A stretch of DNA of 64,000 nucleotides. Origin: Octopus vulgaris (lineage: Eukaryota). Of the stretch, positions 1 through 13,607 are shown one piece after another (the stretch's first letter is position 1; each line of letters begins with the position of its first letter). The translations under genes and the position numbers were made by a program. Under the pieces are notes generated by a model. The model did no database searches and was not told where the DNA came from. It worked only from the letters and a program-made list of their open reading frames with translations. The stretch is taken from positions 99,076,001 through 99,140,000 of the forward strand of contig OX597821.1 in the NCBI GenBank assembly GCA_951406725.2, in the 5' to 3' direction.

Positions 1-41
<41 letters not shown>

Positions 42-392
42 TACGTGTACATACGTGTACATATTCATACATGCATACATTCACATAAGTATGTATGTCG
101 ATTTTGTTATATGAGTACCCATTTGTTCAAGTAATAGTGTAATATATAGTGAATCAGCATGGGATACTGCTGAGTATTCCACAGACACGTGTATACCCTA
201 AACAAAGTAGATTCAGTATGATACAAGTATGCGTTAGTGTTAACATTGAATTACTGCTCTAAAAGAAGCGGTCATAATTTCCGTCTCCCCAAATCCTTTC
301 AGTAGGTGTGCACATACTCAAGCAACTGGACAGTTGCATGGAACTCACGATCTCATAGCACTGAACTGTACTTCATAATTACTCAGTCATGT

Positions 393-450
<58 letters not shown>

Positions 451-598
451 TATACACGTGGACACATAAGTGCAAAACAAGGTGGAAAAAATAGTACTCG
501 AATATCGAATATCAAAAGGTAGAGTAATATACATTTTTATTAAAGCTGCAAAATTTTCACAGTTCTGTCATAATTTTGCAGCTTTAATAAAAAAAAAA

Positions 599-634
<36 letters not shown>

Positions 635-792
635 AGAGAAATGCGACTATTTGTATGGGCTGGAAAACTCGTCCAATACAAACGCATTACTCGAAACGAT
701 CGTAAGGTTATGTAATACTGCTTTTCTTTGGATTGTAATATTGGAGCGCTTGGAACCTAGCATCTTCATGATTTTTTAAATGTATTGATCGT

Positions 793-845
<53 letters not shown>

Positions 846-848
<3 letters not shown>

Positions 849-1045
849 CGGGAAGGTTTACGAAAATAAACAAAAGATGAAAGCAGGTGGAGTACAAACA
901 AACAAATGAATTAGTATGGCGCTCAGGAATAGAAATAGAACAAGTCTTTTACGTTTCGAGCCTACGCTCTTCGACAGAAAGATACACAGAAAAAAAACAA
1001 GTAGAGAAAAAAGTGCGTGTAGGAGCTAACGATCTATCATGGCGT

Positions 1046-1047
<2 letters not shown>
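846..1047 (-). mobile_element. Penelope-like terminal-repeat derivative, family A (also 2971-3165, 51171-51311, 57172-57300)
   Basis: Dispersed ~200 bp repeat abutting dinucleotide microsatellites (mostly (AT)n) and carrying a hammerhead-like motif. Confidence 0.6.
945..982 (-). ncRNA. Minimal hammerhead-like motif, CUGUYGA variant
   Basis: TCTTT-CTGTCGA-A-GAGC-GTAG-GCTC-GAAAC-GTA|AAAGA. Confidence 0.5.
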
Positions 1048-1089
<42 letters not shown>

Positions 1090-1123
1090 CATACATACAT
1101 ACATACATACATACATACATACA

Positions 1124-1156
<33 letters not shown>

Positions 1157-1396
1157 CATAGGATAGAAATATAAACAGGCAAAACAACTCGGACCCTATA
1201 AGATTGTGACATATCATCAAACATGACGGTTAAGTTGTTACATGAGTATAGATCATAAAAAGAAGGACGTAATAAGTTGTGCATCACTGCTTTTAGTTAC
1301 AGCTCGAGTTAGAGTTTTAGGTAGCAAGTCAACTTTGAGCACTAACTGTGGATACCTATCATTTATTTCATCACACTTGATATTACTGAATGCTCT

Positions 1397-1665
<269 letters not shown>

Positions 1666-1760
1666 GGGAATATAATTCCAAAACTTACAAGGAAAAATTC
1701 AATTTAACAATTTTAAATGAAATTTCATAATATATAAAATATGTATATAATTTTTTTTTT

Positions 1761-1975
1761 TAAACCTCTATTAAAACAATTCAATAAGGAAAGATGTTAT
1801 TCACACCATATAGAAAACATATACTATACAAACCTTATTCTAAAAATCAATAAAGTGCAATAAATATTTACTATTCATTGTACTTTATCGATTTTTAGAA
1901 TAAGGTTTGTATAGTATATGTTTTCGATATGGTGTGAAGAACATCTTTCCTTATTGAATTGTTAAATGGGGTTTT
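1761..1975. repeat. Fold-back palindrome with ~100 bp arms
   Basis: aacaattcaataaggaaagatgtt...taaagtgcaat pairs with attgtactttatc...aacatctttccttattgaattgtt. Confidence 0.85.
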
Positions 1976-1979
1976 TTTC

Positions 1980-2040
<61 letters not shown>

Positions 2041-2488
2041 CATGTATGTATGTATATAAGAACACAGGTGAGGTTCAAAATTCACCTCACCTGTTTCAGT
2101 AATATTCTACTCATGCATTAGATTACCTCATGAGAAAACAAAAACGCCATCGTCAGATAAATGTTAAACACCATGTTGGAACAAGTGAAATTTTGGGTAA
2201 GTACAACATAATTTATAGAGAAAGTGAGTCAGATAGTACCCTATTTTTCAAGTTTTATCATAATTTTAGTTATATTGGATTGGGTACATACGTATATATG
2301 CATCTTTCTACGTACACATTTATATATGCGGACAGATGTGTGATTGTACATATACATACTTACGGTAGACTACGAACAGACAGCTAAAAGTTGCTTCAAT
2401 GTAGAGTAGGTTCAATGGTAAATACCCAGCGAATCCCACCGCTCTATACAACTTGATGTACCTAGATTCTAATGAATCCTGCAACTGA

Positions 2489-2554
<66 letters not shown>

Positions 2555-2561
<7 letters not shown>

Positions 2562-2874
2562 GCTGTATACTGTCAATCTAACGTGAACGTGACACTAGGG
2601 GATTACACCACCGCTGTTTAGCCCTAGGAAGCATCGACGCTTCCTGATGGCTTCGGCACATTTTTTTCCTATGTCCTTATATATTTACGAAGGGGAGACA
2701 AACACCCCCCAGCAGGACAAACACCCCCAGTCTCCCCTTCGTAAATATATAAGGACACAGGAAAAAAATTTGTCGAAGCCATCAGGAAGCGTCGATGTTT
2801 CCTAGGGTTAAACAGCGGTGGTGTAATCCCCTACTGTCACGTTCACGTTAGATTGACAGTATACAACCATTCTA
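2555..2874. mobile_element. Fold-back MITE-like element, ~143 bp arms
   Basis: Near-perfect inverted repeat AGAATGG...CCATTCT, short loop with duplicated GACAAACACCCCC; TA at both ends. Confidence 0.85.
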
Positions 2875-2924
2875 TCGCCCCACCACCGTACATATCTCTA
2901 TGAGATATTTAGAAATTTGATATT

Positions 2925-2975
<51 letters not shown>

Positions 2976-3060
2976 AAATGTACAAAAAAAAAAACAAAAG
3001 ACGAAGACAGGTGTGTAAACAACAAACGTGTATTAGCTTAAAGCTCGGGAAGTGAGAAAG

Positions 3061-3097
3061 TCTTTTACGTTTCGAGCCTACGCTCTTCAACAGAAAG
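3061..3097 (-). ncRNA. Minimal hammerhead-like motif, CUGUYGA variant
   Basis: CTTT-CTGTTGA-A-GAGC-GTAG-GCTC-GAAAC-GTA|AAAG. Confidence 0.5.
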
Positions 3098-3181
3098 GAA
3101 CACAGAAATAAACAGGAAGAGAAAATAGAAAATGGTTTAGTGGCTAGCGATCTATCATGGCGAATATATATATGTGATATA

Positions 3182-3284
3182 TATCTGTAAATGTAATATG
3201 TGACAATTATTCGGTAGCCAAGATAAAGATAAGGGAGTTTTATCTTGGCTACCGAATAATTGTCACATATTACATTTACAGATA
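3182..3284. repeat. Perfect 46 bp inverted repeat; a further partial arm at ~3464-3491
   Basis: tatctgtaaatgtaatatgtgacaattattcggtagccaagataaa and its reverse complement. Confidence 0.85.
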
Positions 3285-3372
3285 GATTCCTTTATTTATA
3301 TAATATCGTGGTCTCTTTCTTTCTTTTGTTATCTTACCGTTTTTTATCAATATATATATGTGTGTGTGTATG

Positions 3373-3437
<65 letters not shown>

Positions 3438-3689
3438 TAAAAACGGTAAGACAACAAAAGAAATAACTGTCACATATTACATTTACAGATACATATATAT
3501 ATATATGCATATATATATATATATATATACTGTATATACATAAATCCTTAAATCCTTAAAAATGTTTTAGCCCGAAGGCCGCGGTCATGCTGGGACAATA
3601 CATATATATACACATATATATACTGTATATATATTATATGTATATACAGTATATATATGTATGTATATATATATTATACATGTATATAT

Positions 3690-3736
<47 letters not shown>

Positions 3737-3889
3737 GTATCTGCCTGTATATATTGTATATATCGATACCCTGCTTGGCTTATATTAACATTGCATTACA
3801 CACCCATACACTTACACACACAGACATTTAGCGCACAAACACACACATTTGTGTATGTATGTATAGATAAATAGGCCGACATAGATATA

Positions 3890-5020
3890 TACATGGGCTG
3901 AGAAATTTATACTACGAAGGAGTGATGCTAGAGCTGTGAAATCTTGTGTGCATTAATTCCAAATCTACTTATTAATAACTGCATTTTTTCATTCGAGATA
4001 AACTGACATCTGACTGTTCAAGGAAGACTTCAAAAGTGACTAGTAGTGACTTCTCTTGAAAATAGACAAAATTTGGCATCGTGGTGTTATCAAGTATCTG
4101 CAGAAAGACTTTAGCCCAGAAGGACATTCATGCTGACATGGTTGCTACATTGGTTTATGACGCTCCAGCTTTATGAACAGAGCAAAATTGGGCAGCTGAA
4201 TTTAGGAGGGTAAGAGAGAGTCTTGAAGATGAGCAATTGTCTGGACGTTCCGCAAGTTCCACACAGAGGAAAACATTAATCGTTCCCCAGCTGGACGGGA
4301 CGCCAGTCCATCGCAGTGTTACTCATTTTTGCCAGCTGAGTGGACTGGAGCAACGTGAAATGAAGAGTTTTGCTCAAGAACACAACGCGTCGCCCGCTCC
4401 AGGAATCGAAACCACAATCTTACGATCACGATGCTGACACCCTAACCACTAAGCCACGCGCCTCCACTTTAAAACATTAATCGTGTTCACCACATGGTGA
4501 TGGATGACAGGCGATTGACTATAAAGCAAATAGTCCACGCTGTTAGCACATCCTGCGAGAGAGTTGAGAGTATTCTGCACAATGAACTTGGCATGACGAA
4601 GGTTTCTGTGGACGCCACGTCTTCTGTCACCTGATGAAAAGCGCACTAGGCTGACCACATCACGGCAAAATATGACACTGTTTGAAACAGATCCAGCTGG
4701 TTTCCTTGAACTTTTTTTTTTTTTACCGAGAATGAGTGTTGGCTTCATCACTTTGAGCCAGTGACAGATACAATCCATGCAATGGAAACACCCTCGTCAC
4801 CTGCTCCAAAAAAAGCCCAAGAGCGTTTCATCTGCAGGAAAAGTGATGGACTCAGTTTTTCGGCATGCAAAAGAGATTGTGTCTATTAACTATCTTCAAA
4901 CGGGCCAAACTATCGATGGAGAGTACTATGCCAACGTGCTGAGGCAACTACGAAAGGCTATAAAGGCCAAACACAAAGGAAAGCTGATGAAAGAGGTCTT
5001 GTTTCACCAAGACAATGCTT
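3890..5020 (+). mobile_element. Mariner transposon remnant (frameshifted, 3' truncated)
   Basis: Peptides DKIWHRGVIKYL, VHHMVMDDRRLT, WTPRLLS (WVPR-like), CWLHHFEP, SAGKVM.SVF, LFHQDNA. Confidence 0.9.
4284..4470 (-). mobile_element. tRNA-derived SINE with V-domain-like core, inserted in the mariner
   Basis: A box TGGCTTAGTGG, B box GGTTTCGATTCC, GCGATGGACTGGCGTCCCGTCCAG; 14-bp TSD AAAACATTAATCGT at 4270-4283 and 4471-4484. Confidence 0.85.
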
Positions 5021-5575
5021 GGTTTCATGCATGTATGTATGTATCTGTTTGTATGCATGTATGTATGTTTGTGTGTATATATGTGTTTGTGTGTATATAT
5101 GTATGTATGTTTGTATGTATGTATATATGTATGTGTGTATGTATGTATGTGTGTGTATGTATGTATGTATGTATGTATGTATGTATGTTTGTTTGTATGT
5201 ATTTATGTATGTATATATGTTTGTATGTATGTATCTATGTTTGTATGTATGTATGTATGCTTGTATGCATGTATGTATGTATCTGTGTGTGTGTGTTTGT
5301 ATGTATGTATGATTGTATGTATGTATTTAAAGATAAAGTTAAATAGTATTTAATTCCAGCTGAAATGACTTTGCGAGTTGTTACTCGGAGTTTCACGTAA
5401 TCGATCATCAGACATTCGTGAGTATTGCTTCAAATAATCACGACTGTCTGATGATCAGTGGGATTCTGTGTAACAGTTTCCAGAAACTCTTTAGTAGCAC
5501 ATACATACATACAAATATACACATATACATGCAAATATACATACATATATGTGTGTGTGTGTGTGTGTGTGTGTA

Positions 5576-5789
5576 TAAAGTTAATCCAAACATGAAAACA
5601 CAAAGAGAAAACACAACAACGCGAGGACGTGGAACAAATATATTATTATTGGACGCTCAGGTAGGAAGGGAAGAAGGAGGGTTTAACGTTTCGAGCGGAG
5701 CTCTTCGTCGGAAACATATGAGAAGGAAAGATCCAGAGAAGGGAAGACAGAGGGGAAAAAATCGCCAACGGTACACACGTGGTCACATA
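5576..5789 (-). mobile_element. Penelope-like terminal-repeat derivative, family B
   Basis: Near-identical to 16313-16519 and, inverted, to 50913-51107; hammerhead motif; microsatellite flanks. Confidence 0.65.
5681..5715 (-). ncRNA. Minimal hammerhead motif, CCGACGA variant
   Basis: GTTT-CCGACGA-A-GAGC-TCC-GCTC-GAAAC-GTT|AAAC. Confidence 0.6.
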
Positions 5790-6299
5790 TATATATATGA
5801 AGCATGTCTGTGTGGTTAAAGACCGCGTGATTTTAGGCTCAGTCTTACTAAGTAATATCTTAGTTAAGTGTCTGCTAGTACCTGCCGAGACCGTCCAACG
5901 CCTAGTATATATGAGTGCAACTATTTGTCTCTCATTGCTTTACAACCGGCGTTGCTATGTTTGTGTTTCTGTGCCTTAGTTTTTCTTTAAAAAAAAATGA
6001 ACAGAATAAATGTCAGACTTTAAATACTTGGTTTAATTTGGTAGGCTAAATCCTTTCCGATCTCTGCCCCAGCATGTACGCCGGAACAAATACGCGCGCG
6101 TGCGTGTACCACCACACCACCACCGCCACCACCACTCACACATATACATACATATTTGGAATTTGAATTTTAAGGATGTGCGTTTTGTGTGAGTACAGAT
6201 GGAAAAAAGAGTAAAGATTAAAGAAGATTATGAAGGTGTCTTAGGGCAATTTTCTTTTCCCATGTACTTTCTCACGTACGTGTGTAATTGAGATCCTAC

Positions 6300-6480
6300 C
6301 GAATGCTGAGCCTGAGGGAAAGAAATCCAATTTTGTCCACTGAAGGGAAAGAAGCTTTGTTGGTCAAGCTCTACAGAAGACATGAGTACGGGAAGGGGGA
6401 AGTTTTGAGGAAGTTTTGGGGAAAGAAGGGGGAAGTTTTGTCCAAGAGTGTAGAATCACAGAGCCCCCTGAGCATAGAAT
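6300..6480 (+). mobile_element. Possible Tc1/mariner N-terminal HTH scrap
   Basis: MLSLRE...ALLVKLY resembles the start of some TcMar transposases; short and degenerate. Confidence 0.3.
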
Positions 6481-9377
6481 CTGCACCGTTTACTCTAGTG
6501 GGGATAATTTTTCATTTTTTAATGCAAGAAAGCAAACTTCACTGAAACCATTACGCTATTTATCTCTCATTATTTATGAGCTGACGGGATACTGCTCACT
6601 ATTTGACTATTACTAGGCAAGTTCAAGTGCATCCTAGTCGCTCTTCCCCCAATAGATGAGGTCATATTTCTTTGTGCCTAAATGTCAGCTCAGTTATAAT
6701 TGGAAAAATATGACAAGAAGGTAACTGAGCATTTTTAAATATTGACCGACAAACTCCATCTTCAACATATAAAAGTGTTTCAAACACCTCCTATCGTCCA
6801 CCATATTTATTTTATAGGGAGCAAATATAGGAAGTTTCATGTATATTTTTTCTCTTAGGAGATTAGAATGTAAAGAAGGAATTTACATTTGAATGAAACT
6901 AAAAACTACATTTTTTTTCACTTCCAACTTCAGCTGCAATAGTTTAGTGCTTCCCCTTCTTGTGCAGCAGTGGTACAGGTTCAATTAATTTAAAATATTA
7001 TCGCCCCTGAGACTCTGTTTTCCTGCTAATCCCCTCTTTTTAGAGATAACGCTTTTTATAACAAAAAAGCCAGCTGTTATTGAAACAAAACGCAAAGAGT
7101 ATAAAAACTAAGAAAGATTTTCAAAAAAATTAAACAGCGGTGGTGCCCCAGCATGGCCGCGGCCTTCGGGCTAAAACATCTTTAAGGATTTAAGGATTTA
7201 GTAAAAAAGTAAATTTAGTAAATTGACCAAAAGTAAATTATATAAAAATGCCAATGCCCGAGACAACAAGAAAAAGGTACTAATAAAGCAGCAGTATAGA
7301 GAAATTAAATGACACCAGTCAGTAAGCATAACAGAAAATGAGTCGACCAGTTTGAGGTATATGGGTCTAACAACATTCACATTCGAGAAAACACACTGAA
7401 CACACTGCGTATCTCTTCGTTTTCAAGGTATTTAAAACTTGGCTCTGAATGTTACAAATTATCTTAATCACAAACGTTGCTATAATGTATACTGGATGAG
7501 AATGGAATTATAATTGAAAACTAAGAAACAAGCCAAGTTGTAAGGAAACATTTTTGGTTGGAAACAGGATCCAATAGCAAGAATCTAAGACGCGTCAATG
7601 GAGAAGCAATGAATATTTAATATTACGCTTTCACATTAAATTACTGTTTTGGGTTGGAGGTTTTAATGGTGTTTTCGGGTTGGTTTTTAGACGCGATTTA
7701 AACTTTGTCCAGCACAATGGTGAAGAAAGCAGAATTATATGGATACAAGAGCTCTATTTCAACTTCTCGTTAATTAAAGAGAAGAAGGGGCAAGAAATAA
7801 AAAACACAAAAAGTGTACTTAACATTGTTGGTTGGTTGGTTGGGGGAGTAGGAACAACTGCGCTGACATATTCCTTATTCATGTGGGTCGAGTGTCATTA
7901 TACCGAAAACTGGGGAAAGGATGATGTAAAAAAAGGTGAAAAGTTTTTAAATCTTATTTTTCAGAGCTTTAACTGTTATTTCTAACATATCAAACGACTT
8001 TTTTGACACCCTTCCTCATATCGTCTGCTGGTTCAACAGGCGTCCGCGAATGCGTGGTAGTTATTGTTATTCCAATATCTGGATGGATGGGGTTGCTTTA
8101 AAAAGAAAGCTGAAATTTCAGAAAATATTTTTCAGAGATTTAATTGCTACTTCAAGCATATTAAGCAACCATATTTAGGCCTTCCTCATTTTTTCTGCTG
8201 GTTTAACAAGCACCCAAACAAGCGGAAATGAGCTGCCGAGTTTAAAAAACATCCAAAATGTTTGTATAGGGTTGGGGTGGGGATGAGGTAGCTATTCCTA
8301 TTTCTTTACTACCCATAAGGGGCTAAACACAAAAAGAGAAAAGAAGGATTTTTGAAAATTTGAAATTTTGAAAAGATTTTGTTTTCAGAATCGTATTTTT
8401 ATGGCTTTTTCAGAATTGTATTTCCACACGTAATATTCCCATGAAGTTTTCATAAAAAGTGAAAATCAAAAAGCTTTGTGTGTTTTAGAGAAAGGAATGC
8501 TATTTTTGATTTTAAAAACTATCTGGGAAATAAGAAGTATTCTAAAGAAATTTTTGAAGACATGACTCAAAAGGTTTTAGGGGTTGCGTATTCGACACAT
8601 CCACTCCCAATTTCTTGTTTTTTCTCAACAGTTTATACTCAGTAATTGCCAATATAGATTATCGATATTTCGCTGGCACTCTGCTATTTGCTTTACGTAT
8701 GTGTGTGTGCGCACGCGCGTCTACATACAAACACTCACACTTACGCGCACGCATGCTCAAGCATATCTTCAGTAACCAAGTGATCTCATTCAAATTTGGT
8801 TAGTTTTTTATTCCTTAAGTTTTTCTTATTAAACCAATTTTGTCGTGGCATTCAATTTTAGAATCTACTCGTTCAAGAAAGCTTAATTATACAAATTATT
8901 TTCTAAAATAACAGAAATACAATAACTAAAATAACTAAAGCCTTACTCTCTTTACGATTTTTGCCCCACTAGTATTTTTACTACATCACCAGTCTTCAAG
9001 CGGTCCTCAGTATTAAATACCTCTCATTCAGAGCTTTTAAGAAAATTGGATGTATTTTGTAACAGATATATGACAACTTGGTGATGATAATATCAAGTGT
9101 TACTTGATTTCCCCACTTTTTACTTCAAAAGATCTTTTTTCTACTTCGTCAGAATTATAATTTCTCATTTACATCGTTTGAGAAAACCTAACTATACTAA
9201 ACTATATTTTAAAATAACAGAGATATGATTTACAGATGACACGTGCGTGCAAGCACACACACACACCGATACATTGATACCGATCGATCGATCGTTATAT
9301 ATATCAATATATATATATATATATATATATTTATTTATTTAGTTTCAGCTCACAAGCTGTGGCCATGCTGGGGCACC

Positions 9378-9418
<41 letters not shown>

Positions 9419-9499
9419 GCACACACATATGTGTGTGTGCATGTGTATATGTGTGAGTGTATGTATATATATACATACATACATACATACATACATACA

Positions 9500-9535
<36 letters not shown>

Positions 9536-9784
9536 GAGAGAGAGAGGAGGGAAAAGAAAGAGAGAGAGCTGGAAAGAAATTGAAGGTTGGTTTGCTACAA
9601 ATTAACAGAAGACAGTTAAGTCTGACGGTGAATGTGTTTACTTTGCTTGAACCCTAATAGTCATAGTCACAGCAGATTAGTAAGGCGACAAAACCAGCCT
9701 CAGTAAGTAGTTGTTGTTAGTGGCTGTAGCAGCAGCAGCAGCAGCAGCAGCAAGAGTAGCAGTAGCAACAACGACAACAACAAC

Positions 9785-9837
<53 letters not shown>

Positions 9838-9892
9838 CAGCAGCAGCAGCAGCACGGACATGTTACTAAAGCGGCTGTTACCACTATTATAT

Positions 9893-9931
<39 letters not shown>

Positions 9932-10495
9932 ACTACTACTATTGCTATTGATGATGACGATGCTGCTATAGTTGATACTATATCGATAACATGAATTTGT
10001 TATGGAATATGCCGCATTTTTCAAATTGTGTCGATTTAAATCCAAAACACTGAATCGCTTGAACTCGTCCTTTTCCAGTTTTCACAGTTAGGTTTCCTAA
10101 TCATTTCCAAATTGTGTGGTATACATGTAGGAACGGAGACGAGTTAATTGATTCAGTTCTTATTTTAATCAAGCTAAATGGATGAGAAAAGTCAGCCTTA
10201 CCGGTATTCGAACTCTGAACGTACCTAAATTCCGTAAAAAAGCATTTTGCCAGACTACGCGGGGTTCTATCAATCCACCAATAATATTGATTTATAACAT
10301 AGGTACAAGGACACACTATCCACCAATAATATCAATAAATGCTTCTTAACTGACGTAATGTTTATACGGCAGCTGTATTAGGTTTAATTTCATGCCTTTT
10401 TCAATAGCATTGTTCAAAAACCTAAATACATTTAAATTTGGCATTTAACACTAGTGTTAAGACATAGCTATTAAGACATAATTTCAATGAGAATT

Positions 10496-10548
10496 TTATT
10501 TATTTATTTATTTAGCTTAACTGTTAAAATGTTTTAGCATTTATTTAT
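10496..10548 (-). terminator. Candidate polyadenylation signals of the Frizzled 3' UTR
   Basis: Cluster of overlapping AATAAA on the minus strand (plus TTTATTTATTTATT) about 1.35 kb after the stop; could equally be a (TTTA)n microsatellite. Confidence 0.25.
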
Positions 10549-11491
10549 ACAGCGGAAGCTAACACATATTGCTAAGAATAATAATCGTAAAATGATAGAA
10601 TCACAGCCATAAAACACCAGAAAACAGGTATATTGTAGTTGATTTTAACAAGCTAACCAACCTAAGCATTCACAATTATGATGCTTGTAAGTTATAATTT
10701 ACAATGTTTGTAATTATGATTTTAAAAAAATAATATATATATAATTATACATACACGAGTATGTCACGAAGTTTTAAGATATCCAGTGAATTTTCTCCAT
10801 GTATAGAATACCACTTCAATTTCACTCAAAGAATCACAGGAAATTTTCTCGTCGTGATAAGAACGGAGCAGTAATATCTTGTTAGATCCACAGTAATAGA
10901 CGTACATGTTTTATTCAGTGTTACTTGAGAGAAAACAGGATACAAAAAAAAATATCTTCTGATTGAAATTTTATATCTTGGTGTCGCCTGTAGTTAAATC
11001 CTCTGTGGTCTGCTTGATTTCCAGCTTTTAAATCCAACGTTTGACACAAATTACCATATTTTGTGAGCATTATTTTCTTTATACTTTGATTGTTTTTTAT
11101 AACAATATGGCATGGGATTTTAAATGTTTATACATTTACCCCATACTGACAGGTGGATCACACACTGACATACATTATTAGAAAATATCTTGTATAGCTG
11201 TCGAGGTATGTATGAATGTATGCCTCATTTTCTTCATGCATACTCTTGTGTATGTAACGAATTCCAATAGTATATGTATTCTTGTACTTTCGTTATTGGA
11301 TTGATAAGTATTCTGAGAGGAAAATAATAAATATGTTTAATATATGTGGTGCATGTATATGCAAGTATGTATGTTTATATCGTATGTTGTTTCAGAGTAG
11401 ATACTCCGCACTTTAGAGTTTCAACGGGTGTGTCTGCACACACAGACAGACATACAGACACACACACACACTCACACATACATATATATAT

Positions 11492-11562
<71 letters not shown>

Positions 11563-11861
11563 GACAGTCAAGTACCAAACCTCAATCACTGGTCGTGTAG
11601 ACTTTTTTTTAAAAAATAAACTTTAAAAAATATATTTTAAAATTTATATTGATTAAATATATTCAAGTTTTGTGTACTTTTTTTATCATTTATAATTGGA
11701 TTTTCTGTCGGTATTTCTGGAATGAATCTTAGTTTAATTCATGGGAGCAAAGTTGAGAGAATTCCAATGACGTTTCAGATCACTTTTAATGATAAATGGA
11801 ATAGAAAATCCTCAGTGAATAAAAGTATTTTTTGCAAGATCTATTATTCTGACGCTATTTC

Positions 11862-13607
11862 TCAGACGTGATCCATTGGCTGGGGTTTGGTCATTTGATA
11901 TGAAGGATTCGTGTATTTCATACGACTTGAAGTATTATATGAGTGTCTTTGACAAATCTTCCCATAAAATCTTTTCCAAGAATCAAGCGTTTTTCCTGTC
12001 CAAATCCAAAAGCCAGACGTAATCCCAACGACTAAACACATGAAATATTTTAACATAAAAACAGAAAAGTCAGGTTTGTGTTGATATCCTCCACAGGAGC
12101 AGGTGAAATCTGTCTCCCATACCGATCGCATGTGTTGCTCATAGAAATAAATTGCTATAACAATGGTTGCAGGAACTGTATATAGAAAAGAAAATACGCC
12201 GATGCGGATCATCAGTTTTTCTAATTTTTCTGTTTTAGCTCGTCCCTGGCGTTTTATAGCGTTCCGAATGCGAAATAAAGACACAAAACCACCAAATAAA
12301 AATGATGTACCAAGAACTAGATATACAAACAATGGTGCAAGGACAAACCCACGTAGATTTTCTAAATTTTGATTTCCTACGTAACATATACCCCCTACAG
12401 AATCTCCATCAACTGAAGACATGGCCAGTACAGCAATACTTTTTACTGATGGTATCAACCAAGCGGCCAGGTGAAAATATTGAGAGTAGCTTGCAATGGC
12501 TTCTTCGGCCCACTTCAAACCAGCAGCCAAAAACCACGTGAAAGATAAAATTACCCACCAAATTGAGGAAGCCATACCAAAAAAATAAATTAATAAAAAC
12601 ACTACTGTACACATGGCTGGCCCAGTTGTACTATAACGTATCATGTTTCCGTCACAGGCAACTTTCTCATGCCCGACAATTAGTCGCATTATGTAACCAA
12701 TGCTCACCATAAAATAGCATGCACTTAGAAATATGATGGGACGTTCAGGATAACGAAATCTTTGCATGTCAATAAGAAAAGTACTGATAGTAGTAGCTGT
12801 AGAGATACAACACAAAATAGACCAAAGTCCAATCCAAAAATTGGCAAATGTTCGTTCATTAGGGCCGAAGTAAGGTCCATAACAATTGATAGCACATTTC
12901 TTAATTTTCCCAGTGGTTATCCGATTATAGTAATATGCATCATTGCGATTGTCTGGTTGAACTAGTGGAGGTTTGCATTCACAAGAACACTTTTTGGTAC
13001 TTGTTTCTATATTGTGTTTAGATAGACTGTTCTTTGACTTATAGTAAGGGTTATTCTGCTTATTAAAATGCCATGGCTTCGTTTCTCCAAATGGGTTATA
13101 TGAACGATCTGTAGGTAAGAGATAATGAGGTTTAGTTGGTGGTGATGGACGATCAGTAACATTCATATCCATACACAATGGTTTGGATCCGAATTCAGGA
13201 AGTTCGTCACAGTTCATATGCTCCGGCCAAACAAAAGAGTAAACCAACATGACAGGAGCACAGCCAGCTTTAGCTCTTTCACATACCGATCGACATGGGG
13301 GTAAAGGTTTTTTATAGTTCTCCATACAAATAGGTAAATAGAGGCTACACAAAAAAAATCTGAGGTCCGGTGAACACTGTATTTTAACAAGAGGCCAGAA
13401 TTGGTGAACCTCTAATCCAGCTTCTTCTTGTGTCTCTTGGTTAAACTGATTTGGCATGTAGGTCATATTATATCCAATATCGCGACACATTGGTACGGTG
13501 ATTTCTTCACATTTACGTTTCTCTTCTTCCTCTTTTCCCTCCACGACAAAAGATAGCAAAGTCAAAAACACTAAAGCTGAAGTTCGAAGGTTGCATTTTT
13601 GTTTCAT
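11862..13607 (-). CDS. FZD5/8: Frizzled-5/8 Wnt receptor, single coding exon, 581 aa
   Basis: Signal peptide; CRD with Fz5/8-type motifs (CEEITVPMCRDIGYNMTYMPNQFNQETQEEAGLEVHQFWPLV, FFLCSLYLPIC); 7TM domain (RFRYPERPIIFLSACY, YFFGMASSIWWVIL, YFHLAAW, KLEKLMIRIG); Dishevelled motif KTLDSW; C-terminal ..HV. ATG to TGA without interruption. Confidence 0.96.
   Translation of the reverse strand: MKQKCNLRTSALVFLTLLSFVVEGKEEEEKRKCEEITVPMCRDIGYNMTYMPNQFNQETQEEAGLEVHQFWPLVKIQCSPDLRFFLCSLYLPICMENYKKPLPPCRSVCERAKAGCAPVMLVYSFVWPEHMNCDELPEFGSKPLCMDMNVTDRPSPPTKPHYLLPTDRSYNPFGETKPWHFNKQNNPYYKSKNSLSKHNIETSTKKCSCECKPPLVQPDNRNDAYYYNRITTGKIKKCAINCYGPYFGPNERTFANFWIGLWSILCCISTATTISTFLIDMQRFRYPERPIIFLSACYFMVSIGYIMRLIVGHEKVACDGNMIRYSTTGPAMCTVVFLLIYFFGMASSIWWVILSFTWFLAAGLKWAEEAIASYSQYFHLAAWLIPSVKSIAVLAMSSVDGDSVGGICYVGNQNLENLRGFVLAPLFVYLVLGTSFLFGGFVSLFRIRNAIKRQGRAKTEKLEKLMIRIGVFSFLYTVPATIVIAIYFYEQHMRSVWETDFTCSCGGYQHKPDFSVFMLKYFMCLVVGITSGFWIWTGKTLDSWKRFYGKICQRHSYNTSSRMKYTNPSYQMTKPQPMDHV

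Noticed and set aside
12163-12965. Short ORFs overlapping Frizzled
   Set aside because: Expected shadow frames of a real CDS; no independent signal.
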